The translations under genes and the position numbers were made by a program. Under the pieces are notes generated by a model. That model was not told the DNA's origin. It was given only the letters and a program-made list of their open reading frames with translations, and ran no database searches. A stretch of 64,000 nt of DNA, from the NCBI GenBank assembly GCA_963722075.1, contig CAVRJM010000001.1, positions 736,001 through 800,000 on the forward strand. The letters are read 5' to 3'. This document shows positions 55,672-64,000 of the stretch, in pieces (position 1 is the first letter of the stretch; each line of letters begins with the position of its first letter). The DNA is from Candidatus Babeliales bacterium (GTDB lineage Bacteria; Babelota; Babeliae; Babelales; JANWKD01).

Positions 55672-57657
55672 TTATTCATGCTCCTTTTCCTTCTCCTTTT
55701 CTTTTACTGGTGGTATTTCCTCTGGGATTTCTGCTATCGCTTGCCTACTTTTTTTTCTCTGTAGGCGCTCGCGCCCGCTTGCACCCAAAGACTTTTGCTC
55801 GCCAAGCGGTATTATACGCTTGCGCTTTGAAGGGCGCTTTGCCTGCAATTCTTCTTGAGGAATAGTAAACCCGATAACTCCATGCTCTTCGTTTCTTTCA
55901 AAAAAATAATTCAGTAATGCCAGCGGAATTTGCTGAAAATATTCATATTCCAGATCTGAACGTAAGATAGGTTTATTTTTTGCATCATCTTTAATAGCAC
56001 ACCATAATAACAATAGTGATGGTAAAGGTAATTGTTTAAATACGTTACGCGAATATAGCTCAAATTCAACAACGGTTAAGTAATACCCCTGTCCTTGCCG
56101 TAACGTTATATAAGAAATATGTTTATTGTCTGGAAGTATATATAATGCCGAAATACTAACATCATTAGTTTGAATTTCCTGCAACAACTTACCGCTTTTT
56201 AGATCCCACACCTGTATAGATCGAGGCTTTCCTATCAATTTACTTTTATATTCTTCTGTAATACCCAAATAAAATGATGAAATTAGATACTTATTATCTT
56301 TACTAAAGAAAATTGTTGGTTTGATTAAATAAGGATCCTCATTTGTATAAAAATGTTCAGCTAGAAATCGGTACATTTTTCTTCCGCTAGTAACATCAAA
56401 TATATAAATACTTTTATTAAAATCGACCACTGCAAGTAATGATCCTTCTGAAGAAAATTGCATTAATTCAATTGCTGCTTCAGTCTCATAACCAAACAGT
56501 TCATCATGGTTTTTAATTGTAATCCTATTATGAATATATCTAGCAACTACATCTTCATCTACGGGGCTAACTGCCCCTTTAAACCCCTTTAAAGGGATTG
56601 TTTTTTCAATTATTAGATTGCCTTTTAAAAGATTTTCTATAGTAATTAAGTGAAATCCATCTTTATCTGAAATATATATTTTTTGCCCATATGCAGTTGC
56701 ATAAATCCCATCCGGATTATTCCATCGCACGTGCTGTGGCGGTTCATCAAAATTATTGGTATTAAAAAGCACGATCTCATTAAATAAAAGTATTAGTAAT
56801 AACCGTTTTGATTCAATAAAAAGCGGTTTTTCCAAGCGATAATCAATAATAGACTTTACGTAAGATAATTGCTGCTGCTCAAATTTAAATAAATCAACAA
56901 CACGTCCATTCATTAATGTTAAAAAAACACTATTATCAATATACGCGCAACTTATTTTAGAAAGGTAATATGAACCTGACGCATTTTCTAACCGAAATGA
57001 CACCATGCGCCCTGGTCGCCGCCTTTGAAGATCATGCGTAATCTTAATAAACTGATCTTCATGATGCCATAATTCTTTAGTAACTAACTTACCTAATATA
57101 CTTTTTATATCTGCTGATTTTATTCTATCAATAAAAGCTAATAATTCTGCCTTTTTACCATATGCAACCATATCCTTAATATAATTAAATAAAAGCGGTG
57201 CAATGCTGGTAATAAGCTCCTTATTGCCAAAAAAGTCTGCAGTATTGGCCATATCAAGAATATCATCAATAGGCGCATTGCCTAAAAGCTGTACCACTGC
57301 ATTTTTTAAACTAGAGCCCTGTTTGATTAGTTTGAATATCACTTTCAAATATAAAAGGGACACTTGCGGTACATCATCAACAAATAAAGGGATAGTAGGA
57401 ATTTCTTCAATGCTATCCTCAATAATATCGCGCAAAACCGGGCTACTGTGCTCAATAAAGTTGCGTGGAACAACAATACTTAATAAAAAAACATCTTGAT
57501 CGCCATCTCTTTTAAACAGTTCTAATATTACTTCCTGTTCATTAGTGGGTAATTCTTGAAACTTTTCTTCTACGGGCGGTTCCATTGCTTGTAATACCGT
57601 AATAAAAAAGCACAATAACCACTTTTTATTTTTCATACTATTAATAAAAAACTCCAT
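55672..57657 (-). CDS. Secreted Skp1/BTB-like + WD40-repeat protein with NLS-like tail
   Basis: LQA|ME; HSSPVLRDIIED and DMANTADFFG; FSSEGSLLA...IFDV and IQVWDL; KRPSKRKR. Confidence 0.8.
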   Translation of the reverse strand: MEFFINSMKNKKWLLCFFITVLQAMEPPVEEKFQELPTNEQEVILELFKRDGDQDVFLLSIVVPRNFIEHSSPVLRDIIEDSIEEIPTIPLFVDDVPQVSLLYLKVIFKLIKQGSSLKNAVVQLLGNAPIDDILDMANTADFFGNKELITSIAPLLFNYIKDMVAYGKKAELLAFIDRIKSADIKSILGKLVTKELWHHEDQFIKITHDLQRRRPGRMVSFRLENASGSYYLSKISCAYIDNSVFLTLMNGRVVDLFKFEQQQLSYVKSIIDYRLEKPLFIESKRLLLILLFNEIVLFNTNNFDEPPQHVRWNNPDGIYATAYGQKIYISDKDGFHLITIENLLKGNLIIEKTIPLKGFKGAVSPVDEDVVARYIHNRITIKNHDELFGYETEAAIELMQFSSEGSLLAVVDFNKSIYIFDVTSGRKMYRFLAEHFYTNEDPYLIKPTIFFSKDNKYLISSFYLGITEEYKSKLIGKPRSIQVWDLKSGKLLQEIQTNDVSISALYILPDNKHISYITLRQGQGYYLTVVEFELYSRNVFKQLPLPSLLLLWCAIKDDAKNKPILRSDLEYEYFQQIPLALLNYFFERNEEHGVIGFTIPQEELQAKRPSKRKRIIPLGEQKSLGASGRERLQRKKSRQAIAEIPEEIPPVKEKEKEKEHE

Positions 57658-57725
57658 ACATTCCCTCCTATTCTCTTTCTTCTCGCTCTTTTTCTTTCTC
57701 TTTTGCTGGTGGCATCTCTTCTTCT
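57581..57725. repeat. Gene-junction direct repeat, copy 1
   Basis: Nearly identical to 59586..59728. Confidence 0.85.
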
Positions 57726-59674
57726 GGAACTTCTTCTTCCTCTTCTTCTCTTTCTCTTTCCTTTACCTTTTCTCTTCTTTTTGGTTTTTTTTCAGGTCTA
57801 CCAGAAGGTATTTCTCGTTCCAGTTGCATAGTCTTCCGTTTCCATTTCTGTATAAGAGCTTTTGCTTCTATCGGATTAGGTGATTTAAATCCTATAACTC
57901 CCCGCTCCTCATTTTTTTTAAAAAAATAATTCAATAATTCAGGGGGGAGACGTTCAAAATCTTCAAGATAATCAGGAAAAATATTCACCGGAAGCTTTTT
58001 TTCATCTGATTTAATGGCAAACCATAATAACATTAACGATATGAATGGTATCTTTTTAAATGTTTTACGTGAATATACCTCAAATGGGACTCCCTTAATA
58101 GCATAATAACCCTGTGGATGCCGTGTTACATATGCCATATAGTTACTATTAGGGGAAATAGATAAGGAGTAAATCCTTTTATCTTCAGTTTTAATTTCTT
58201 GGATAAGTGTCTCATTTTCCAAATCCCATATTTCTATAGAGCTATTTGGTATTTCGTCAAGTATATTTAAATTATTAACATCTAAAGAAAATGCTGAAAT
58301 TAGGTAGTTATTATCAGCGCTAAAACAAATGGATCTTAAATTAGTACTACTTATAAACCAAGGCAATCTTAAATTTAGCATGTCGTTTTTGCCAACAAAT
58401 TGTGCAACGATTTCTTCTCGTTTAATATCAAAAATATAAATATTATTATTTGAATTAACCACTGCTAATTTTGTCCCATCAGGAGAAAATCGTATTATTT
58501 CCACAGATCCTTCAATAGGATAACTAAATTGATGTCTATTATCAGGTGCAAAATTTTCAACAATAATATTTCCTTGTTTATAGTAGGCAATTACATCTTC
58601 ATCCACGGGACTTACATCCACTTTGGGCATTCTTAATGGTATTATTTTTTCTGCCGTATCGTTTCCTTCTATAAGATCTTTCACCCTCATTAAATGCAAG
58701 CCTTGGGAATCTGCTATATATATTTTTTTTCCAAATGCAGTTGAATAAAGAGCAGAAACACCACCCCATATGATCTTTTTTCTTAGTGAAAAATCGGTTC
58801 CATCAAAAACGCATATATATATAATAAAATTACTTCTTATGATGATTGCATTTTCTGATTCAATAAAAAGAACTTGCGAAACTTCCTGAGCAATTTTCAT
58901 AGCAAAATTTTGAACTAATTGCGGTCTGGCTTCTTTAAATTGATAAATCTTCATATCTTTAACTGATTTTATAGCTAAAAATAGCGAATTATTAAGATAT
59001 CCAAAATAAGAACTCATTACGTTAGGAATATTATAAGTTGCTATATTTGATACGCCCTGCAGCGCACTCCGCATAATACCAATAAAATGAGTTTCATGAG
59101 TCCACAATTCCTTAGTAACCAATTTGCTTAATTTTTTTTTTACTATTTCCCCTCTTATATTTCTAATGAGTTTGAAGAGCGTACCCCATTGATTGCGAGC
59201 CACCAAATCTTTAATACTGGCATATAATAATAACGTTATTTTATTAATAAGTGATCTATTGCCTAAATAATCTGCAGTGTTAGCCATATCCACGATAACG
59301 TCAGGAGCTGCTTTACCTAGTTTACTCATTACCGCATCTTCTAAAGAGATTCCTTGATTCATTAACGTAAAAACTTTATCAAGATATTGCATTGAAGCCA
59401 AAGAAACATTATTGGTGGATAATGGAATAGATGTTTCACCCAAATCTATATACCCTTTTAAAATATCTGATGAATGCTCAATAAAATCTAAGGGCACCGC
59501 AACGGTCAATATCAACGATTGATTACCGCTCGAATCATCATATAATTCCATTTTCATCTGGCTTGGTAATACCTTTTTAGGAGGCTCCATTGCCTGTAAT
59601 GTACATATGAAAAAGCACAATAACCACTTTTTATTTTTTATACTATTAATAAGAAGCTCCATATATTCCCTCAT
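57668..59674 (-). CDS. Secreted Skp1/BTB-like + WD40-repeat protein
   Basis: LQA|ME; DMANTADYLG; FSPDGTKLA, IEIWDL; KKPKRR plus poly-E tail; start could be the second ATG at 59662. Confidence 0.8.
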   Translation of the reverse strand: MREYMELLINSIKNKKWLLCFFICTLQAMEPPKKVLPSQMKMELYDDSSGNQSLILTVAVPLDFIEHSSDILKGYIDLGETSIPLSTNNVSLASMQYLDKVFTLMNQGISLEDAVMSKLGKAAPDVIVDMANTADYLGNRSLINKITLLLYASIKDLVARNQWGTLFKLIRNIRGEIVKKKLSKLVTKELWTHETHFIGIMRSALQGVSNIATYNIPNVMSSYFGYLNNSLFLAIKSVKDMKIYQFKEARPQLVQNFAMKIAQEVSQVLFIESENAIIIRSNFIIYICVFDGTDFSLRKKIIWGGVSALYSTAFGKKIYIADSQGLHLMRVKDLIEGNDTAEKIIPLRMPKVDVSPVDEDVIAYYKQGNIIVENFAPDNRHQFSYPIEGSVEIIRFSPDGTKLAVVNSNNNIYIFDIKREEIVAQFVGKNDMLNLRLPWFISSTNLRSICFSADNNYLISAFSLDVNNLNILDEIPNSSIEIWDLENETLIQEIKTEDKRIYSLSISPNSNYMAYVTRHPQGYYAIKGVPFEVYSRKTFKKIPFISLMLLWFAIKSDEKKLPVNIFPDYLEDFERLPPELLNYFFKKNEERGVIGFKSPNPIEAKALIQKWKRKTMQLEREIPSGRPEKKPKRREKVKEREREEEEEEVPEEEMPPAKEKEKEREERE

Positions 59675-59728
59675 TCCCTTTCTTCTCGCTCTTTTTCTTT
59701 CTCTTTTGTTTTTGGCATCTCTTCTTCT
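59586..59728. repeat. Gene-junction direct repeat, copy 2
   Basis: Encodes EEEMP..KEKEKEREERE-stop and the next signal peptide ...NKKWLLCFF...LQAME. Confidence 0.85.
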
Positions 59729-61722
59729 TCTTCCTCTTCTTCTTCTATTTTCTTTCGTTTTTTTACAGGTTCAGTAATAATTTTTGTTTTTTCTGGTTGC
59801 CATTCTCTTTTTTGACTGATACCAGTTCTTGAAGATTCCCCTTCTAGCGAGGCGAGCATTTTGAATCCTTCAACTCCTCGTTGCTTATTTCTATTATAAA
59901 AATATTTCTGCAATTCATCTGGCAAAAAATAAAAATAATGTAACTGTTCTTCACTCAAATATAGCGGCATATTTCTTGCATCTGTTTTAATGGCAAATAC
60001 CAATAACAATATTGATTTAAGATGCAATTTCCTAAATTTATTACGCCAATTTAGCCATGGTACAGATTGAATATGAAGTTCAAGAAATGAAGTGAGATTT
60101 TCTGCATTAGTTACATATGCGATTTTTTCATCACCAGGGAAAATAGTTAGACCAAAAATATTAGATCTCTTAGTATCAATTTTTTTTACAAAACTACCTT
60201 GTATTAAATCCCATATTTCAATAAAACGGCTTTGATCTTTTGGCGCTTTCTTCTGATTAGGATCTATCAACGCTGAAACAAGATAATTTTCCTTTTTTGT
60301 AAAAGAAACCGCTGCCTGCTTTGGAGCTATTTGAGTAATATTTTCTTCATATTCGCTTTCAAGAGCAAAAGTATCATATATCTTTCCTGTAAAATTATTG
60401 ATAGTAGTCATGTTTTTTCTATTATCAACTGATACCAATAATTCACCCTTAGGAGAAAACTGCAATTCGGTTACTTGGGAAGGCGATTCAATAGTAAACA
60501 TTTCTTCACGATTAATAAGATATATGATATTACTGTCTGTTTTACGAACATTGGCTATGTTATTTTCATACACCGGATTCACTGCAACTTTTGCATTTTT
60601 AGAAATTTCAATTCTACTTTCAATCATTCGACCTTCTAAAAAATCTTTAACTGCAATAAAATGAAGCCCTTTGCCATCCAATATTGCCACCTTTTCACCC
60701 TGCATCGCGGAGAAAACCCCTTCGATTTCAGAATACCATTGTATTTCATGTAGTAATTTCAATTTTTCTTGTGGTGGATAACTTTCTTTTTTTTTATAAG
60801 GAGCTAACATCATTTGTGAACGATCACCTTCAATTGCATACACTCTAATAATGTTTATATGAAAAACCATTATTAGATTTTCTTTCTCAATAAAAGCAAC
60901 ACCAATTTTACTTGATATCTTATCAGATACTGATGAAGGAATTTTCGTCGTAATCAAAGTAGGATTTTTATTTTCATTCACCTTCAATAATTCCAATAAG
61001 TCATCTTGATACACGCCAACCAACAGAGTATCTTTAGCATGTACAAAAGTTATTAATAGATTACTTGATGAAAATTGTGAAGGAATCGTTATTATAAACG
61101 GTTTTTCCCAACTAGAAAGGGGCAGAGCGCCTAAAATAATATTTAAATGAACTTCATCTTTCCAAATTTTTTTAATGACTAATTTAGCCACTTTTTTAGA
61201 AAACGATTCCACTTTTCTAATCATAGCACTTACTATTGGAAAGTAATTATTTTCAGCAGCTTTATGATAAAGAATATCAACAAATAAAGAAATAGCATCA
61301 TTGCTCAATTCTCTATTTTTTATATAATCACCGGCAATTGCCATATTTAAAACCGGGGTGGGATTATTATACGATTGTTCAGTATTTAATATTTCATGAA
61401 AAGCAGTAAAAAAAGGCTTCCCTTGGTCTTGCAAATTAAAAATTTCATTAAGAGACCCTAATGTTTCTGGCGTAATATATTTGGTATATAGGCGAGCAGT
61501 CTCCCCTTCAATTAATGATGGATTTTTAATAAAACCCAGTGGCGCTCTAATTGTTTTTTCAGGCTGTTTATCAGAAGCATTTTGAAATAGCTCCCAAGTC
61601 ATCTGCCTAGAAAATTCACTACCCATTTCATTTGATGAAGGTTTGGAACCTCCTTGATCTGGATGTTCCATTGCTGGTAATGAGTATATCAAAAACAATA
61701 TTATATATGGTATGTATTTCAT
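59671..61722 (-). CDS. Secreted Skp1/BTB-like + WD40-repeat protein
   Basis: LPA|ME; NMAIAGDYIK; FSPKGELL, IEIWDL; PVKKRKK plus poly-E tail. Confidence 0.78.
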   Translation of the reverse strand: MKYIPYIILFLIYSLPAMEHPDQGGSKPSSNEMGSEFSRQMTWELFQNASDKQPEKTIRAPLGFIKNPSLIEGETARLYTKYITPETLGSLNEIFNLQDQGKPFFTAFHEILNTEQSYNNPTPVLNMAIAGDYIKNRELSNDAISLFVDILYHKAAENNYFPIVSAMIRKVESFSKKVAKLVIKKIWKDEVHLNIILGALPLSSWEKPFIITIPSQFSSSNLLITFVHAKDTLLVGVYQDDLLELLKVNENKNPTLITTKIPSSVSDKISSKIGVAFIEKENLIMVFHINIIRVYAIEGDRSQMMLAPYKKKESYPPQEKLKLLHEIQWYSEIEGVFSAMQGEKVAILDGKGLHFIAVKDFLEGRMIESRIEISKNAKVAVNPVYENNIANVRKTDSNIIYLINREEMFTIESPSQVTELQFSPKGELLVSVDNRKNMTTINNFTGKIYDTFALESEYEENITQIAPKQAAVSFTKKENYLVSALIDPNQKKAPKDQSRFIEIWDLIQGSFVKKIDTKRSNIFGLTIFPGDEKIAYVTNAENLTSFLELHIQSVPWLNWRNKFRKLHLKSILLLVFAIKTDARNMPLYLSEEQLHYFYFLPDELQKYFYNRNKQRGVEGFKMLASLEGESSRTGISQKREWQPEKTKIITEPVKKRKKIEEEEEEEEEMPKTKEKEKEREERE

Positions 61723-61832
61723 TAAGTCCCTTCTGAATTATTCTCGTTTTTCTCCCCTTGAGCGCAAACTTAGTCAATCAGCTTAAAATATGCTATAATG
61801 AACATGATACTATTTATAAGAAAGATTACACA

Positions 61833-62924
61833 ATGCTTGTAGATGATTTAAAAGAAAAATTGAAATCTGCTGAACCCGATTTATCTATTATTCGAGAATA
61901 TTGGGCTAACGCTGGTTATGAACCATTATATGAGCAACTAACTCAAACAAGCAATCAAGAGAATTTTTGGCAACACCCTCAGCAAACAGAAATTTTAAAA
62001 CAATTACAGCAAATCAAAGTCCAACGAGATCAATACAAGTATGTCACCCAAACTCATACTGATATATACCAACTTATTGAGCTTTTTAGCCAAGACGAAC
62101 AAGAACTCCAAAAAATAAGCCCAGAAGTATATGATTTATGCCGTGCCATTAAGAAGTTTAAAATAGATTTATTAATGCAAGACCCTCAAGATAATTCAAA
62201 TTGCTTTTTAACCATAAATTCAGGCGCTGGTGGCACCGAATCACAAGATTGGGCAGAATTCTTATTACGGATGTATGTACGCTTTTGTGAACGTGAACGA
62301 CTCAATGCGCAAGTACTTGATTATCAAACTGGTGAAGGAGCCGGCATTAAATCTGCTACTATTTTTGTAAAAGGACGCAACGCTTACGGGCTTCTTAAAG
62401 GCGAACAAGGGGTTCATCGCTTAGTACGCATATCCCCTTTTGATGCTGCAAAACGGCGCCATACTTCTTTTGCTGCGGTTGCACTGACGCCCGAAGTTCC
62501 AGATGTTTCTATCACTATTGATCCTAATGATTTACGTATTGATACCTACCGGGCCGGCGGAGCAGGCGGACAGCATGTTAATAAAACGGAATCTGCAGTT
62601 CGAATTACTCACCTACCAAGCGGTATTGTAGTGCAATGCCAAAACGAACGCTCGCAACTGCAAAATAAAGAAACTTGCATGAAGATGCTTATGGCAAAAT
62701 TAGTACAAAAACAAAAAGAGGAAGAACTGGCTAAAGCAACTTCTGTTCAAAAGCAAAAAATTGAATGGGGTTCTCAAATTAGATCATATGTGCTACATCC
62801 TTATAAAATGGTAAAGGATCACCGCACTGATGTGGAATCTCCACAACCTGATTTAGTACTCGATGGCGAATTAATGCCTTTTATAGAGGCATACTTAATT
62901 CAACAAGGCGCCAAAGAACAGTAA
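61833..62924 (+). CDS. prfB: Peptide chain release factor 2, single uninterrupted frame
   Basis: SPF motif (RISPFD), GGQ, GAGGTESQDWA, WGSQIRSY; ATG 61833 preferred. Confidence 0.97.
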   Translation: MLVDDLKEKLKSAEPDLSIIREYWANAGYEPLYEQLTQTSNQENFWQHPQQTEILKQLQQIKVQRDQYKYVTQTHTDIYQLIELFSQDEQELQKISPEVYDLCRAIKKFKIDLLMQDPQDNSNCFLTINSGAGGTESQDWAEFLLRMYVRFCERERLNAQVLDYQTGEGAGIKSATIFVKGRNAYGLLKGEQGVHRLVRISPFDAAKRRHTSFAAVALTPEVPDVSITIDPNDLRIDTYRAGGAGGQHVNKTESAVRITHLPSGIVVQCQNERSQLQNKETCMKMLMAKLVQKQKEEELAKATSVQKQKIEWGSQIRSYVLHPYKMVKDHRTDVESPQPDLVLDGELMPFIEAYLIQQGAKEQ

Positions 62925-62925
62925 T

Positions 62926-63999
62926 TCATTCTTTTTCTTCAGTCTCTTTTTCTTTTCTTTTTGATCTCTTTGGTTCAGCTTTTTTTGGTGGCGCTGGCTG
63001 TTTTCTTTTTGAAACTACAGGTGCTCCTACCAGCAAGCTTTTCACATTCCTTACACCACTTTTTTTCTTAAAATATCCTTGTAATTCTTTGGGTAATGCA
63101 AAGAAATAAGGCTCTAGGGTACGATCAAAACGGATTGGTTTATTTTGCGCATCAGTAGCTAAACAAAACCACAGCAACATAATTGAGCGTAATGTCAATT
63201 GACGCAAATTTTGTGCTAACCCAATGACTGAAAATTGCTGAACAATGAGTTGAGACCGCAAACCGTGCCCCGCATAGTGAGGAGGCAGTTGAATAATATA
63301 TGCAATATTTTTATTATCAGAAGAAACGCTTAATCCTTGAATACCATTAATATACGTTTTAGCAGTAGGATTAACATTTATGGTAGTAAGTAAATTTCCC
63401 GATGCTACCTCCCAAATTTTTATTTCTCGACTTTTCGCCACTTTTTTTGAATTAAGTATATCTCCATCAGAAAAACCTGATATAAGCCATTTATTATCAG
63501 AAGAAAAGCACAGTAATGCTTGAATAGAACTAAGAATACCCACACCTAATTCTGCTAATCGCGCACAGTTCTCTATATCCCCATTTAAGGTGCATAATTC
63601 TTTACCCAGTACCATATCCCATACTTTTATAATACCATTATTTGCTACTGATGCCAGTTTGGTCCCATCAGGTGAAAATTGTAAAGCGATAATTTTAGAA
63701 TTATAATTACCAATAGGAGTTATTGTGTGTTTACCAAGTTTAGTTCGTACATTTTTATCTATGTCGTACAACATAATATCACTGTTGTCTATACCATCTG
63801 TATATGCCACTACATTATTGGAAGGTGAAATAACAAAATGTTCTCCGCGCATGCTAAAATTGCGAATTACAAAAAAAGGTTTTTCTGCTTTTATATTAAT
63901 AAATACTAAATCAGGAGGCATGCTAATCAAAAGTAATTTCCCATCAGATGAGCATATAAATTGTTCAACAACCTTTTCTAAATGTAAGCCAGTTTTTAA
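62926..63999 (-). CDS. Partial WD40-repeat protein, fourth member of the family
   Basis: Frame is open to the window end; FSPDGTKLAS...IKVWD, IKIWE; shared SIMLLWF..TDAQNKP motif; KRSKRKEK tail. Confidence 0.8.
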   Translation of the reverse strand, partial: LKTGLHLEKVVEQFICSSDGKLLLISMPPDLVFINIKAEKPFFVIRNFSMRGEHFVISPSNNVVAYTDGIDNSDIMLYDIDKNVRTKLGKHTITPIGNYNSKIIALQFSPDGTKLASVANNGIIKVWDMVLGKELCTLNGDIENCARLAELGVGILSSIQALLCFSSDNKWLISGFSDGDILNSKKVAKSREIKIWEVASGNLLTTINVNPTAKTYINGIQGLSVSSDNKNIAYIIQLPPHYAGHGLRSQLIVQQFSVIGLAQNLRQLTLRSIMLLWFCLATDAQNKPIRFDRTLEPYFFALPKELQGYFKKKSGVRNVKSLLVGAPVVSKRKQPAPPKKAEPKRSKRKEKETEEKE

Positions 64000-64000
64000 A

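Noticed and set aside
55672..63999. Diversity-generating retroelement acting on the WD40 array
   Set aside because: No reverse transcriptase, and the differences between repeat copies are not confined to adenines

Overview
AT-rich bacterial chromosome segment. The gene content points to an intracellular parasite or endosymbiont of protists, most likely Dependentiae (TM6/Babelota); this is inferred from the many orphan secreted proteins with eukaryote-like domains and no search was run. The conserved core comprises radA, tdk, murA, an isolated atpG, tsaE, the block tRNA-Tyr/Gly/Thr/Thr-rpmG-tRNA-Trp-secE-nusG-rplKAJL-rpoBC-tRNA-Val-rpsO-pnp-rph, then trpS (frameshifted as given), cdaA-like-cdaR-glmM, an SPFH/NfeD pair, tkt, one complete rRNA operon on the minus strand, gmk and prfB. 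Between these lie about 25 orphan genes with signal peptides. Main candidates for new biology: (1) a tandem array of secreted Skp1/BTB-like + WD40 proteins with NLS-like tails and near-identical gene junctions; (2) structured repeats that begin at the CCA of four tRNAs and can either sequester or free the CCA end; (3) five tiny Lys-rich, mostly His-rich proteins, three absent from the ORF track; (4) a recurring Met at the +1 position after signal peptides; (5) a CdaA homologue lacking all catalytic motifs; (6) a secreted Josephin-like Cys protease. No CRISPR array, integrase, transposase or reverse transcriptase was seen. All family assignments are by eye.
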